A stretch of DNA of 21,259 nt from an uncultured cyanobacterium (GTDB lineage Bacteria; Cyanobacteriota; Cyanobacteriia; Cyanobacteriales; Microcystaceae), in NCBI GenBank assembly GCA_963807635.1, contig CAWEDJ010000090.1:1-21259 (forward strand), in the 5' to 3' direction. Position 1 is the first letter of the stretch; each line of letters opens with the position of its first letter. The translations under genes and the position numbers were made by a program. Below are positions 9,473 through 19,479 of this stretch, piece by piece. The notes under the pieces were generated by a model. It was not told the origin of the DNA. It did no database searches and saw only the letters and a list, made by a program, of their open reading frames with translations.

Positions 9473-9518
9473 AATTCAGAGGTGATGAAATAATTATTTC
9501 ACCGAGTTTCTCTGAATT
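9473..9518. terminator. Inverted-repeat structure between convergent DUF29 and hpnJ; possible bidirectional terminator
   Basis: Outer arms aattcagag / ctctgaatt enclose the perfect 16-bp palindrome tgaaataattatttca (9486-9501). Confidence 0.4.
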
Positions 9519-9567
9519 ACAAATCTCAGCCAATAGTATTTTTCAAGCTTAATTATAGAAGCAAGAG

Positions 9568-11004
9568 TTAGGCTTTGATCAAAGATCCTTGTTTCCGTTC
9601 TTTAAGGTAGGCAAAAAACTCTTTCCCTTCCCGTAAACGTCGCACCAACATTTGCGGATCGCTTAGCATTTCTTGCACAATGGGAATAATTGCTTTTGGA
9701 CGGAAATAGAATTGACGATACATTTTTTCTACTGCATCTTCAATTTGTTTAGTCGAAAGATTGGGATATTCCAAAGTTGATAATTGGATTCCCGAAGTAT
9801 TAATTAAATCATTTTTTGTAAACCAATTATTTTCCTGGGCCTGACGATAAAGTTCTGTTCCAGGATAGGGAGCGGCAATGGAAACCTGGATCGTATGGGG
9901 ACTGACTTCACAGGCAAAACGAATGGTTTCTTCAATCGTTTCTGGGGATTCGTTGGGTAAACCAATAATAAAGGTTCCGTGAACAGTGATGCCCAATTTA
10001 CGGCAGTTTTCCATAAATTTACGAGCTACTTCTAGTTTAATTCCCTTACGAATGCCGTCAAGAATTTCCTGATTTCCTGATTCAAAACCGACTAACAATA
10101 AACGTAGTCCATTATCACGCAGGGTTTTAAGAGTGTCATAATCCAGATTTGCTCTGGCGTTACAACTCCAAGTAATTTTGAGTTTCTTTAAATACTCACT
10201 AATGGCGATCGCGCGGGGTTTGTCAATCGTAAAAGTATCATCATCAAACATATATTCCCGTACCGAATCCCCAAACAAAGCCTTGGCTTCAACCATTTCT
10301 TGATAGACCGCTTCGGGACTTTTGGAGCGATAATTATGGCCGCCGATAGTCTGGGGCCAGAGACAAAAACTACATTTAGCAGGACAGCCGCGACCTGTGT
10401 AAAAGGAAATATAGGGATGGAGGAGATAACCAATAAAATATTTTTTAATATCCAAATCCCGCGCATAAACGGGCATAACGCTGGGCATAGCATCCCAATC
10501 GTGGATCAATTCCCGTTCGGGATTGTGCTTAATGGTTCCATCAGCCTGTCGATAACTTAGACCTGTAATTTCACTGTAGGGACGATCTTCTGCTAATTCT
10601 TGGCAAGTATAGTCAAATTCATTGCGACAAACAAAATCAATGATCGGATTTTCTTTTAACGTTTCTTCAGGTAAAACGGCAACGTGCGCTCCAATAAAAC
10701 CAATTTGGGTATCGGGTTTTTGAGCTTTGATGGTTTCTGCACATTTGACATCATTGGCCAAAGACGGTGTACTGGTGTGCATAATGACTAGGTCGTAATC
10801 TTTGGCGATCGCCAGAACATCATCCACACTCTGATTATGGGGGGGCGCATCAATTAATTTACTGCCAGGGACGAGGGCGGCGGGTTGGGCAAGCCAGGTG
10901 GGATACCAATAGGAAGTAATTTCTCGTTTGGCTTGGTATCTTGCTCCTGCTCCACCATCGAAGCCATCAAAGGAAGGGGGACTTAAAAATAGTGTTTTTT
11001 TCAT
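9568..11004 (-). CDS. hpnJ: Hopanoid biosynthesis-associated radical SAM protein HpnJ
   Basis: Characteristic N-terminus TLFLSPPSFDGFDGGAGARYQAKREI..WYPTWLAQPAA; radical SAM motif GRGCPAKCSFC; FDDDTFT; GFESG. Confidence 0.92.
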   Translation of the reverse strand: MKKTLFLSPPSFDGFDGGAGARYQAKREITSYWYPTWLAQPAALVPGSKLIDAPPHNQSVDDVLAIAKDYDLVIMHTSTPSLANDVKCAETIKAQKPDTQIGFIGAHVAVLPEETLKENPIIDFVCRNEFDYTCQELAEDRPYSEITGLSYRQADGTIKHNPERELIHDWDAMPSVMPVYARDLDIKKYFIGYLLHPYISFYTGRGCPAKCSFCLWPQTIGGHNYRSKSPEAVYQEMVEAKALFGDSVREYMFDDDTFTIDKPRAIAISEYLKKLKITWSCNARANLDYDTLKTLRDNGLRLLLVGFESGNQEILDGIRKGIKLEVARKFMENCRKLGITVHGTFIIGLPNESPETIEETIRFACEVSPHTIQVSIAAPYPGTELYRQAQENNWFTKNDLINTSGIQLSTLEYPNLSTKQIEDAVEKMYRQFYFRPKAIIPIVQEMLSDPQMLVRRLREGKEFFAYLKERKQGSLIKA

Positions 11005-11332
11005 CGGTTTTTCTAACTCTTCACACCCAAGGTTATATTTCCCTTAGTGTATTCAATCCCTGTCGTTTTGACAATTTGAGGGGATTGGAGAGACTTCTAG
11101 CAAAAGTTTTTTAACGGTTAATATGAAAAATGAATTTAATCTAGAAAGTTTGCTTCGATTATCAAAAAGGTGGCTCTTCCCTTAACTGTGTGGAAATTAC
11201 TGAAGAATTAGATATTGATATTGCTTGATTCAATCAATTTATTGCCAACCAAAATAATTAGCGATTTAAAGAACCATTGAACGGCGATCGCATTCCTATT
11301 TTTCTAAGAAGGCGATCGCGTTTTTTTGAGAA

Positions 11333-13763
11333 TTAACTGCGAAAGTAACGGGAAACTGAGAACTTAAGGCTTCTCGAATTTGATTATGAACTGGATCAAC
11401 TTCACTGTCGGTTAAAGTGCGATCGCTGGCTTGATAGGCGAGACTAAAGGCCAAACTGCGCTGACCGTCTGGAACCGATTCCCCGCGATATTCATCAAAT
11501 AATTCCACATTTGAGAGTAAATTTCCCCCTGATTTGCTCATGGCTTGGGCTAACTCAGCAACGGATAAACTGGTTGGAGCATAAAAAGCCAGATCCCTGG
11601 CAACGGAAGGATAGGTTGAATAGGGCAGAAAATGGGGCGTAACCAACTCGGATTGCTTCAACTCGTCGATAATCACACTCACATTTAATTCAAATAAATA
11701 GACCGCATTAGGTAAACCCCGCTCTTGGGATAACTGGGGATGGAGTTGACCGAAGGTTCCTAATCCCTTACCTTTTAGCCAAAGAGAAGCGGTTCGTCCA
11801 GGATGGAAACGGACATCTTTGGCATCGGGCTGATATTCGACACTTAAGCCCAAACGATTAAAAACGCTTTCCAAAATTCCCTTGGCTTCGTACCAACTCA
11901 TTTCTGTCGTTTTGCCGCCCTTGACCAGAGTCCCTCAGAAACGCGATCGCCGCCCATAATACCTGCGAGGGAATCCGCTTCTTGAATGCCGTCAGTATTT
12001 TTCCAAAAAATCCGTCCAATTTCAAAGGCATTTAAAGCCCCATTTCCTTGGGATTGATTATATTCAAAGGCATCAATTAAACCGTCGAGTAAATTCGTCC
12101 GTAGGGCTGAATATTCGGCTAACAGGGGATTCGCTAAAACCACCTCATGGCCCTGGGGTTTGACGAGTGAATATTGCACGACTTCCGTTAAACCCACTGC
12201 CCGAAAGAGTTCTCGCAATTTGCCTTCTAGTTGATATTCCAAGGATAAGCCGCCTGGTTCGGTTTTATCGGGTAAATCGTCACAAAAATGATCGTAGCCA
12301 TAGAGACGGGCCACTTCTTCAATTAGATCAATTTCTCGCTCAATATCTCGATAACGATAGGACGGAACCGCCACACTCCAAACTTTCGGCGTTTCAGAAA
12401 TAACGGTTAACTGACAACTTAAATCGGTGAGAATGCGCTCTACGTCAGCCGCTTCAATTTGTCCAATGCCTGTTTCCGTTTTAATCGGGCCGAGAACTTG
12501 TTGAATCCGTTGCAATCTTAATTCAATAGACTGCTCAGATGAATCAGGTCGGTGGTCAGAAATGACTTGTTCTGTCGCCGTTCCCCCTGCAAGTTCGGTG
12601 ATTAACGCGATCGCATGATTGAGAGCGGTTTCCAGTTCCCGTAGATTAACGCCTCGTTCGTAACGGGTAGAAGACTCACTCCGCAGACCTTGACTTTTGC
12701 TAGAGCGGCGAATGGTAACAGAATCAAAAATTGCCGCTTCTAGGATTAAATTTTGAGTTTCGGCATGAACTTCTGTTTCCGAACCGCCCATCACCCCCGC
12801 GATCGCCACAGGATGATCATTAGCGGTAATCAAAAGATTTTGAGCCGTCAGTGTCCGAGTTTGTCCATCTAAAGTCGATAAAGTTTCTTCGGGTTCTGCA
12901 AAACGCACTCCCAGGGTCAAAGGTTCTTTTTCGGCAACCAATTGCGTCTGTTCTCGATCAAAAGCGTGGAGCGGTTGTCCCCATTCCAACAAAATATAAT
13001 TCGTGATATCTACCACATTATTAATCGGTCGCATTCCCGCCGCTTGCAAATGGGTTTGTAGCCACTCAGGAGAGGGTTTAATCGTGACATTTTCAATCAC
13101 CGTACCCACATAAACCGCACAGGCTTTAGTCTCCGTCACCTGGAGATTAAGCTTTCCTGAACTAGGCTTAACAGAAATTTGGGGAATTTCGGGCAAATGT
13201 AAACTCGCTCCCGTCAAAGCCGCTACTTCTCTGGCAATACCGACCATACTCATGGCATCCGCCCGATTGGCCGTGGGAGTAATTTCTAACACCACATCAT
13301 CTAAACCCAACAATGGCCGCACATCGGTTCCAAGGTTTAAATCGTCACTAAAAATATGAATTCCTTCCGACGTTTTTGTTAATCCCAACTCGGACAAAGA
13401 ACAAATCATCCCTTCCGATCGCACCCCGCGCAATTTAGCAGGACGAATTTTCAGATCAACTTTCGGTAAATAGGTTCCCACCGTCGCCACAGGAACCAAA
13501 ATATCCGCCCGCACATTACTTGCACCACAGACAATGGTGAGAATTTCGGGTTGTCCCACATCTACCTGACAAACACTTAATTTATCCGCATTAGGATGGG
13601 CTTCACGAGCCACCACTCGGCCGACCACTACGCCCTCGGCCCACTGACGACGATCCTCGATTTCTTCCACTTCCAGACCCGCGATCGTCAAAAGTTCCGC
13701 TAAATCGTCGGTTGAGAGGGTCAAATCGACCAATTCCTTGAGCCAGTTAACTGAAATCCGCAT
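11333..13763 (-). CDS. pheT: Phenylalanine--tRNA ligase beta subunit, split by apparent 1-nt deletions at about 11925 and 11343
   Basis: [79 protein letters not shown], and the FDX-ACB domain. Restoring one G gives [14 protein letters not shown], which joins the two ORFs. Restoring one base at the end gives the usual LRS* stop at 11333-11335. Confidence 0.95.
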
Positions 13764-14112
13764 AATTTTAATCCGTTCTATTCGATCGCCTGATTATTGT
13801 ATCGTTAGTTGTGCTAACCTGAGAATCTAGAAGCAACCCAAGCTTTATGCTTGAATCTGGGTTGGGATTCCTCCGAAAGATTTATCTAAATCCTTTATTG
13901 ATGTTAGATCAACCTGATTAGTAGGGCATTATAAGTAAAGAATGGGAAATTAGGGTTTAATTTCGTCTGGCTCTGGAAATCTTAAAAGTTATTGCGTGAT
14001 TAGCCCCTGAATCCTTAGGGTTGAGAGCGTTCTTAGCGAACCGTGCTTCTTCAAGCCTAACCCCATTCTCTAAATTAACTGTTAATCAATGACCTAAATT
14101 CGGTGATATGGA

Positions 14113-15862
14113 ATGAGCTACTGCATCAACCCCTCCTGCCCTCACCCCAAAAATCCTAACAATGTGCAGGTTTGTCAGGCGTGCGGTGGTAAACTACGCC
14201 TCAATGGACGTTATCAAATTTTAGGAACCCTGGGAAAAGGGGGATTTGGTGCAACGTTTGCCGCCGCCGATGTTGGCCTTGCTGGAACACCGATTTGTGT
14301 GGTCAAACAACTCCGTCCTGCCACAGATGATCCTGCCGTTTTTAAAATGGCAAAGCAACTGTTTGAAAGAGAAGCTCAGACCCTGGGAAAGGTGGGAGTC
14401 CATCCCCAGATTCCAACGTTACTAGATTATTTTGAAGAAAATCAGGAATTTTATCTGGTTCAAGAATATGTGAAAGGAAATAATCTGCACCAGGAAGTAA
14501 AGAAGAATGGCCCTTTTAGTGAAGAAGGCGTTAAACAGCTTTTAAGTGAATTATTGCCGATTTTGACCTATATTCATTCCGAAAAAGTGATTCATCGGGA
14601 TATTAAGCCTGCCAATTTGATTCGGAGTCAAGCGGACAAGCGATTAGTCTTAATTGATTTTGGGGCAGTGAAAAATGATGCGAATTCCGTTCTCGCCGCC
14701 AGCAGTTCTCCCCAGACGGCTCTGACGAATTTTGCCATTGGAACTGCCGTTTTTGCCCCTCCCGAACAAATGGCCATGCGTCCCGTTTATGCCAGTGATA
14801 TTTATGCCCTAGGGATGACTGCCATTTATTTGTTAACGGGTATGAGTCTTAAGGATATTGAGTGTAATCATCAGACGGGAGAAATGGATTGGCAAAAGTA
14901 TGTAACGGTCAGTGATTCCTTTGCGACGGTTCTCAAAAAGATGACCGAACTTGCCATTAAATATCGCTACAAATCGGCAGAAGAGGTGTTGGATGCGTTG
15001 AATGTTTTACCCTACCAAGAGGGGATGATGCAGGGATTGATTGGTTCGTCTGTGAGTACGTCTCCTTCTTCCAAGGTCACAGGAGAAAATACTGCTTTTA
15101 GAACGGCGGGTACGATGGGGAGTTCATTCGATACTGCCTCGACGACGCGCGAATCGTTCTAATTTTCAAGATGATCTGTCAACGGGTTCCTTAACCACCC
15201 CACAAACCAGTCTTAGAACTCGTGGCACCCCGTCCTCTGATACTACTCTCAATAGTTCCATTTCTAGGGCTTCCCAATCCCCCAAACAAACTTCTACTTC
15301 TATTAATCGGGGTTTGGCCGAGGGCGGTAATGGGGGAGTTGCCTATAATGTTTCGGTTCAGCCTGGTCACGGGGGAGGACGAACTTCCCATCGGCGATCG
15401 CCGAGTGATATGACCATTGTGAATAAACCGATACAATGGACAGCGAAGGCCGTATTGGGAGCCTACGAGAACGGTCAACGGGATTTTACGGATCAATCTT
15501 TCCAAAATCTGATTTTTGGGAAAGCCTTTCTCCCTGCTATCAATTTTTATCAATCTGATTTGAGTTATGCAAATTTTCAAAATACGGATTTGACTCGTGC
15601 GGATTTCGGCAAGGCAACCTTGGGACATACGAGCTTTAAGGATGCTAATTTGAGTGAGGCTTATTTTGGTTATGCCAATTTGGAAGGGGCAGATCTGCGC
15701 GGGGCAACGGTGGCAGGAGCAAATTTTAAATACGCCAATCTTAGGGGCGCGAATTTTTGTGGAGTTGATTTGAGTAGTGCTTTTGTTACGCCCGATCAAT
15801 TGGCAACCGCTAAAACCAATTGGCGGACTGTCATGCCCAATGGAAAACGGGGTTTTCGATAG
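14113..15862 (+). CDS. spkB: Ser/Thr protein kinase with N-terminal 4-Cys domain and C-terminal pentapeptide repeats (SpkB-like); one apparent frameshift near 15145
   Basis: MSYCINPSC...CQACG, LGKGGFGATF, VVKQL, IHRDIKPANL, LIDFGAVK, APPEQ. The frame starting at about 15152 (NRSNFQDDLSTG...) is open and continuous with ORF 15314..15862, which carries A(D/N)LxX repeats. Confidence 0.85.
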
Positions 15863-16026
15863 GGGTTGCTTATGGTACGGCTTTTGGTACTGCTTAGAAC
15901 AGGAAAAAACAGGGCGATCGCCAAATGGCACAATTCATGGTGATTGGGGGTTGAAGCCGACAATTAATCAGACCGAACCCCTACCAATGCCAGCTATTTT
16001 CCTTAAATTTTCCGCTAGACGGTCAA

Positions 16027-16854
16027 CTATTTTCCTGGAATGGGGCCTCGTCTTTGTTTCAGGTTGGTTGAATCGTGCAAAAAACGATAAAAATGCTGAA
16101 CAAAGGAATTCTCGGAAACCAACTCTAATTGTTTTAGGGCTTCCGTGAAGGACATTTCGGAACGATAAATTAGACGAAAGGCTTTTTTGAGTTGGGATAG
16201 ATCCTCAGCACTCAAGCCTGAACGTTGCAACCCGATTAAATTCAGCGATCGCACCCTAGCAGGATTACCTTCCACAATGGCAAAGGGCGGCACATCCCGT
16301 TCAATGCGACTCATTCCACCGACCATCGCTAAACTACCAATATGAACAAATTGATGCACCCCTAACACACCGCTAATCCTAGCCTTAGATTCAATATGAA
16401 TATGGCCCGCCAAAGCCACCGAATTGGCAATAATGACCTCATTCTCAATGATGCAATTATGGGCCACGTGAGCATAGGCCATGAGTAAATTATGATCTCC
16501 TAATTGGGTGACTTCATCCTCTCCCGTTGCTCGGTTAATGGTCACGTATTCCCGAATTTGATTATAATTACCAATTTTGACCCAACTTTCTCCCCCTTTA
16601 TACTTCAAGTCCTGGGGTTCTGACCCAATAATCGCCCCTGCAAAAATTCGATTTCCTACCCCAATTTCCGTCGGCCCTTCAATGACAACATGGGCTCCAA
16701 TGGAAGTATCCGCGCCGATTTTGACATTTTCGCCAATAATCGCGTAGGGGCCAATTTGAACCGTAGGATGGAGGTTAGCTAGGGGATGAATAACTGCTGT
16801 TGGATGGATCAGTGTCTTCAAAGAAGCATCTCCCGTGCGTTGGTAGGTCAGCAT
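16027..16854 (-). CDS. lpxA: UDP-N-acetylglucosamine O-acyltransferase
   Basis: IHPTAVIHP, hexapeptide repeats, EPQDLKYKG, IREYVTINRAT, HVAHNC, VHQFVHIG, DVPPF. Confidence 0.97.
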   Translation of the reverse strand: MLTYQRTGDASLKTLIHPTAVIHPLANLHPTVQIGPYAIIGENVKIGADTSIGAHVVIEGPTEIGVGNRIFAGAIIGSEPQDLKYKGGESWVKIGNYNQIREYVTINRATGEDEVTQLGDHNLLMAYAHVAHNCIIENEVIIANSVALAGHIHIESKARISGVLGVHQFVHIGSLAMVGGMSRIERDVPPFAIVEGNPARVRSLNLIGLQRSGLSAEDLSQLKKAFRLIYRSEMSFTEALKQLELVSENSFVQHFYRFLHDSTNLKQRRGPIPGK

Positions 16855-17030
16855 TAAGGTTAGTTGATAACTTATCAGAATATATATTTAGGTATGAAGG
16901 AGTCCACAAAAGTTCCCAGCTAAATCACTAAGCATTGTAACAGTGAGGGGGTCAATCTTGGGCAATAACTGGTGATACGCGATCGCGAGGGTCATAAGCC
17001 GTTTTTTGAGAGCATGGGTTTAATCCATGA

Positions 17031-17530
17031 TTAATCGATCAGAGAAAACAGCATCTCACCTTCACAAACCAGTTGATTATCGACCATTGTTTTACCGCGC
17101 ATTTTAGCGATTCGATTCATTTTTAAGGAAATTAATTCGACGGTCATTATTAATTGATCCCCAGGGACGACAGGACGGCGAAACCGCACCCCATCAATGC
17201 CCGCAAAGGCAAAGAATTTTCCTTTCATGCCTGGCAGTAGCGTTAAGACCACACCCCCACCTGGGCCATGGATTCAACAATTAACACCCCTGGCATGATT
17301 GGACGTTTGGGGATATGACCTGGGAAAAAAGGTTCGTTAATGGTGACGTTTTTGAGACCGACTGCTTTTTTGGCAGGAACATAATCCACAATCCGATCCA
17401 CTAGGGCAAAGGGATAGCGATGGGGTAACAAGTCTTGAATCTCTAACACATCAAAGGTCGTTTGCTGAGTAGGTTCCGAACTCGCTTGATCTTCGGTTGG
17501 GGTCGTTTGGATATTAACGGCGGTAGTCAT
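17031..17530 (-). CDS. fabZ: 3-hydroxyacyl-ACP dehydratase FabZ, split by an apparent G-homopolymer deletion near 17255
   Basis: [43 protein letters not shown], then [19 protein letters not shown] in the next frame. Confidence 0.95.
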
Positions 17531-17776
17531 GAATTACTATGATAAATTCTAAATCTTATAAAAATTAGGGGTAAAAACTAACAAAATTGAGAGACTGCTC
17601 TAGAAAGTTAGTCCTAGATTGTCTTTGGGACGGATTAGTTTAAATTGTCTAGGGCGTTGGGGCAAATGTCAACACGAACTGAGGTTAGGGATTGCTCTCC
17701 CCCATGAAGGAGAATGCGATCGCCGCTCTGTTATCGGGGATCAAATTATCCAGCGATCGCCTCCACCATAAATTCA

Positions 17777-18523
17777 TCACTCTGATTGCAAAAAGTTATG
17801 ATAACTTTCGGTCAACTCCTTCACCGCCGCTTCATAAAATTGTTTTCCATGTTCGGGGGTTGCGAGATCAGGATTCGATCCCATCCGACCATCGGGATAA
17901 CGACGACGAAAATCCGTCGCTCCATAAATGGCATGACCCGACGCAACAGGACTAGACAGGGGAGCCTTTTTAATCGCATCAGGATAGACAAATTGGGTTA
18001 ACGCTACTTCGCTAGGGGTCGCATGACTACCTTCTTGATCGCCGTATAATTCCTTTGCTAACTGATAAACCGAACGGCCCATAAACCAATTTCCCACTTG
18101 GCAACGCACCGCTTCTGCCTGGGGAATCTTCGCCATTTCTAAGTGGTAATAGGCTTCAGAAAAAGCGGCCTTGAGGGTTGCAATATTACCGCCGTGACCA
18201 TTAATAAAGAAAAATCGGGTAAAACCCGTTTTTGTTAAACAGGTTAAATAGTCCAAAATCACCTGAATCATCGTACTAGGACGCAGACTCATACTACCAG
18301 GAAAATTAGTATGATGTAATGCCATGCCCACATTAATCGTCGGGGCAACCATTGCTTGTGCTTCCTCACCAACTCCCTTGGCAACAATTTCTGCACAAAT
18401 CGCATCGGTTCCAATTAACCCTGTCGGGCCATGCTGTTCCGTTGAGCCAATGGGAATAATAATACCTTGGGAGCTTTGTAAATATTGTTCAACTTCTGGC
18501 CAGGTGCTGAGGTGTAGGAGCAT
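17777..18523 (-). CDS. Creatininase/creatinine amidohydrolase family protein
   Basis: PIGSTEQHGP, GTD, HH..FPGS, NGHGGN, HAT..E motifs. Confidence 0.92.
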   Translation of the reverse strand: MLLHLSTWPEVEQYLQSSQGIIIPIGSTEQHGPTGLIGTDAICAEIVAKGVGEEAQAMVAPTINVGMALHHTNFPGSMSLRPSTMIQVILDYLTCLTKTGFTRFFFINGHGGNIATLKAAFSEAYYHLEMAKIPQAEAVRCQVGNWFMGRSVYQLAKELYGDQEGSHATPSEVALTQFVYPDAIKKAPLSSPVASGHAIYGATDFRRRYPDGRMGSNPDLATPEHGKQFYEAAVKELTESYHNFLQSE

Positions 18524-18621
18524 TTTGAATCTATTTCCTAATAATTACTGTTTTTGGTGATTGTAACCTTAATTTTATTGGTTTTCTCTCCTCTAGAGGA
18601 ATCATTGCCGATCGCGATCGC

Positions 18622-18642
18622 CTTTTAATTCCCTTTTAATGG
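18622..18642 (+). promoter_or_regulatory. Candidate Pho-box-like direct repeat upstream of sphR
   Basis: cttttaat at 18622 and 18633 (11-bp period), resembling the cyanobacterial YTTAAYYW unit. Only two imperfect units. Confidence 0.3.
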
Positions 18643-18679
18643 TATATCTTGACACAGCAGCAAAAAATAGAGTGAATTT

Positions 18680-19432
18680 ATGTTATCTCTTGAAGCCCCC
18701 CAGCAGACCTCTGCTCAATCCCTAACCCAGACCCAACGGATTTTAGTCGTAGAAGATGAAGATGTCATTCGGCAGATGATTATCCTTGCCCTAGAAGAGG
18801 AAGGATACGAAGTCATCGTTGCCAAAGATGGCCGAACCGCATTGTCTTTACTGGAAGAAGCCGCGAAAAATAGCAGTAATCCGCCCATTGATCTCGTGGT
18901 ATTGGATCTCATGTTACCCCAGGTCAATGGCTTAGATATCTGTCGTTTATTGCGTTATCAAGGAAATATTATTCCCATTCTCATTTTGAGTGCCAAGGCC
19001 AGCGAAACTGATCGCGTCCTGGGTTTGGAAGTCGGGGCCGATGATTACCTAACGAAACCCTTTAGTATGCGGGAATTGATTGCTCGTTGTCGCGCCCTGA
19101 TTCGTCGCCAAAATTTTAGTACCGAGATCAGTTCTCCCTGTCGTAAATATCAGGATTTGACTTTATATTCCAAAGAATGTCGGGTGGTGCTGCGGGGGGA
19201 AGAAATTGCTCTAGCCCCCAAGGAATACCGCATTTTGGAACTCTTTATGAGCTATCCCAAGCGGGTTTGGTCACGGGAGCAGTTAATTGAAAATGTTTGG
19301 GGAGCGGATTTTATGGGAGACATGAAAACCGTTGATGTTCATATTCGTTGGTTACGAGAAAAGTTAGAAATTGATCCCAGTCAGCCCCAATACATTATCA
19401 CTGTGCGGGGTTTTGGTTATCGTTTTGGTTAA
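18680..19432 (+). CDS. sphR: OmpR-family response regulator, PhoB/SphR type
   Basis: Receiver domain (VVEDE, LDLMLPQVNGLDICR, GADDYLTKPF) and winged helix (VWSREQL, KTVDVHIRWLREKLE.DPSQP.YIITVRGFGYRFG). Adjacent to a PhoR-like kinase. Confidence 0.85.
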   Translation: MLSLEAPQQTSAQSLTQTQRILVVEDEDVIRQMIILALEEEGYEVIVAKDGRTALSLLEEAAKNSSNPPIDLVVLDLMLPQVNGLDICRLLRYQGNIIPILILSAKASETDRVLGLEVGADDYLTKPFSMRELIARCRALIRRQNFSTEISSPCRKYQDLTLYSKECRVVLRGEEIALAPKEYRILELFMSYPKRVWSREQLIENVWGADFMGDMKTVDVHIRWLREKLEIDPSQPQYIITVRGFGYRFG

Positions 19433-19479
19433 GAGGGATCTTTTGATCTGATCCTGAATCTCCTAACACACAATTACCT

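Noticed and set aside
11005..11283. Cobalamin or other riboswitch upstream of hpnJ (caatccc...gggattg stem at 11054-11087)
   Set aside because: Only a simple stem. No B12-box or other recognisable consensus, and the region is AT-rich.
11898..11930. Naturally split pheT or programmed frameshift (ATGA overlap between the two ORFs)
   Set aside because: One restored G gives a normal continuous PheT, and similar indels occur throughout the window.
15314..15862. Separate pentapeptide-repeat gene
   Set aside because: Its frame stays open upstream into the kinase linker and matches the known fused SpkB architecture.
15191..15931. 246-aa minus-strand ORF
   Set aside because: Antisense shadow of the pentapeptide-repeat region of spkB. 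Its periodic Ile/Lys/Gln pattern mirrors the repeats.
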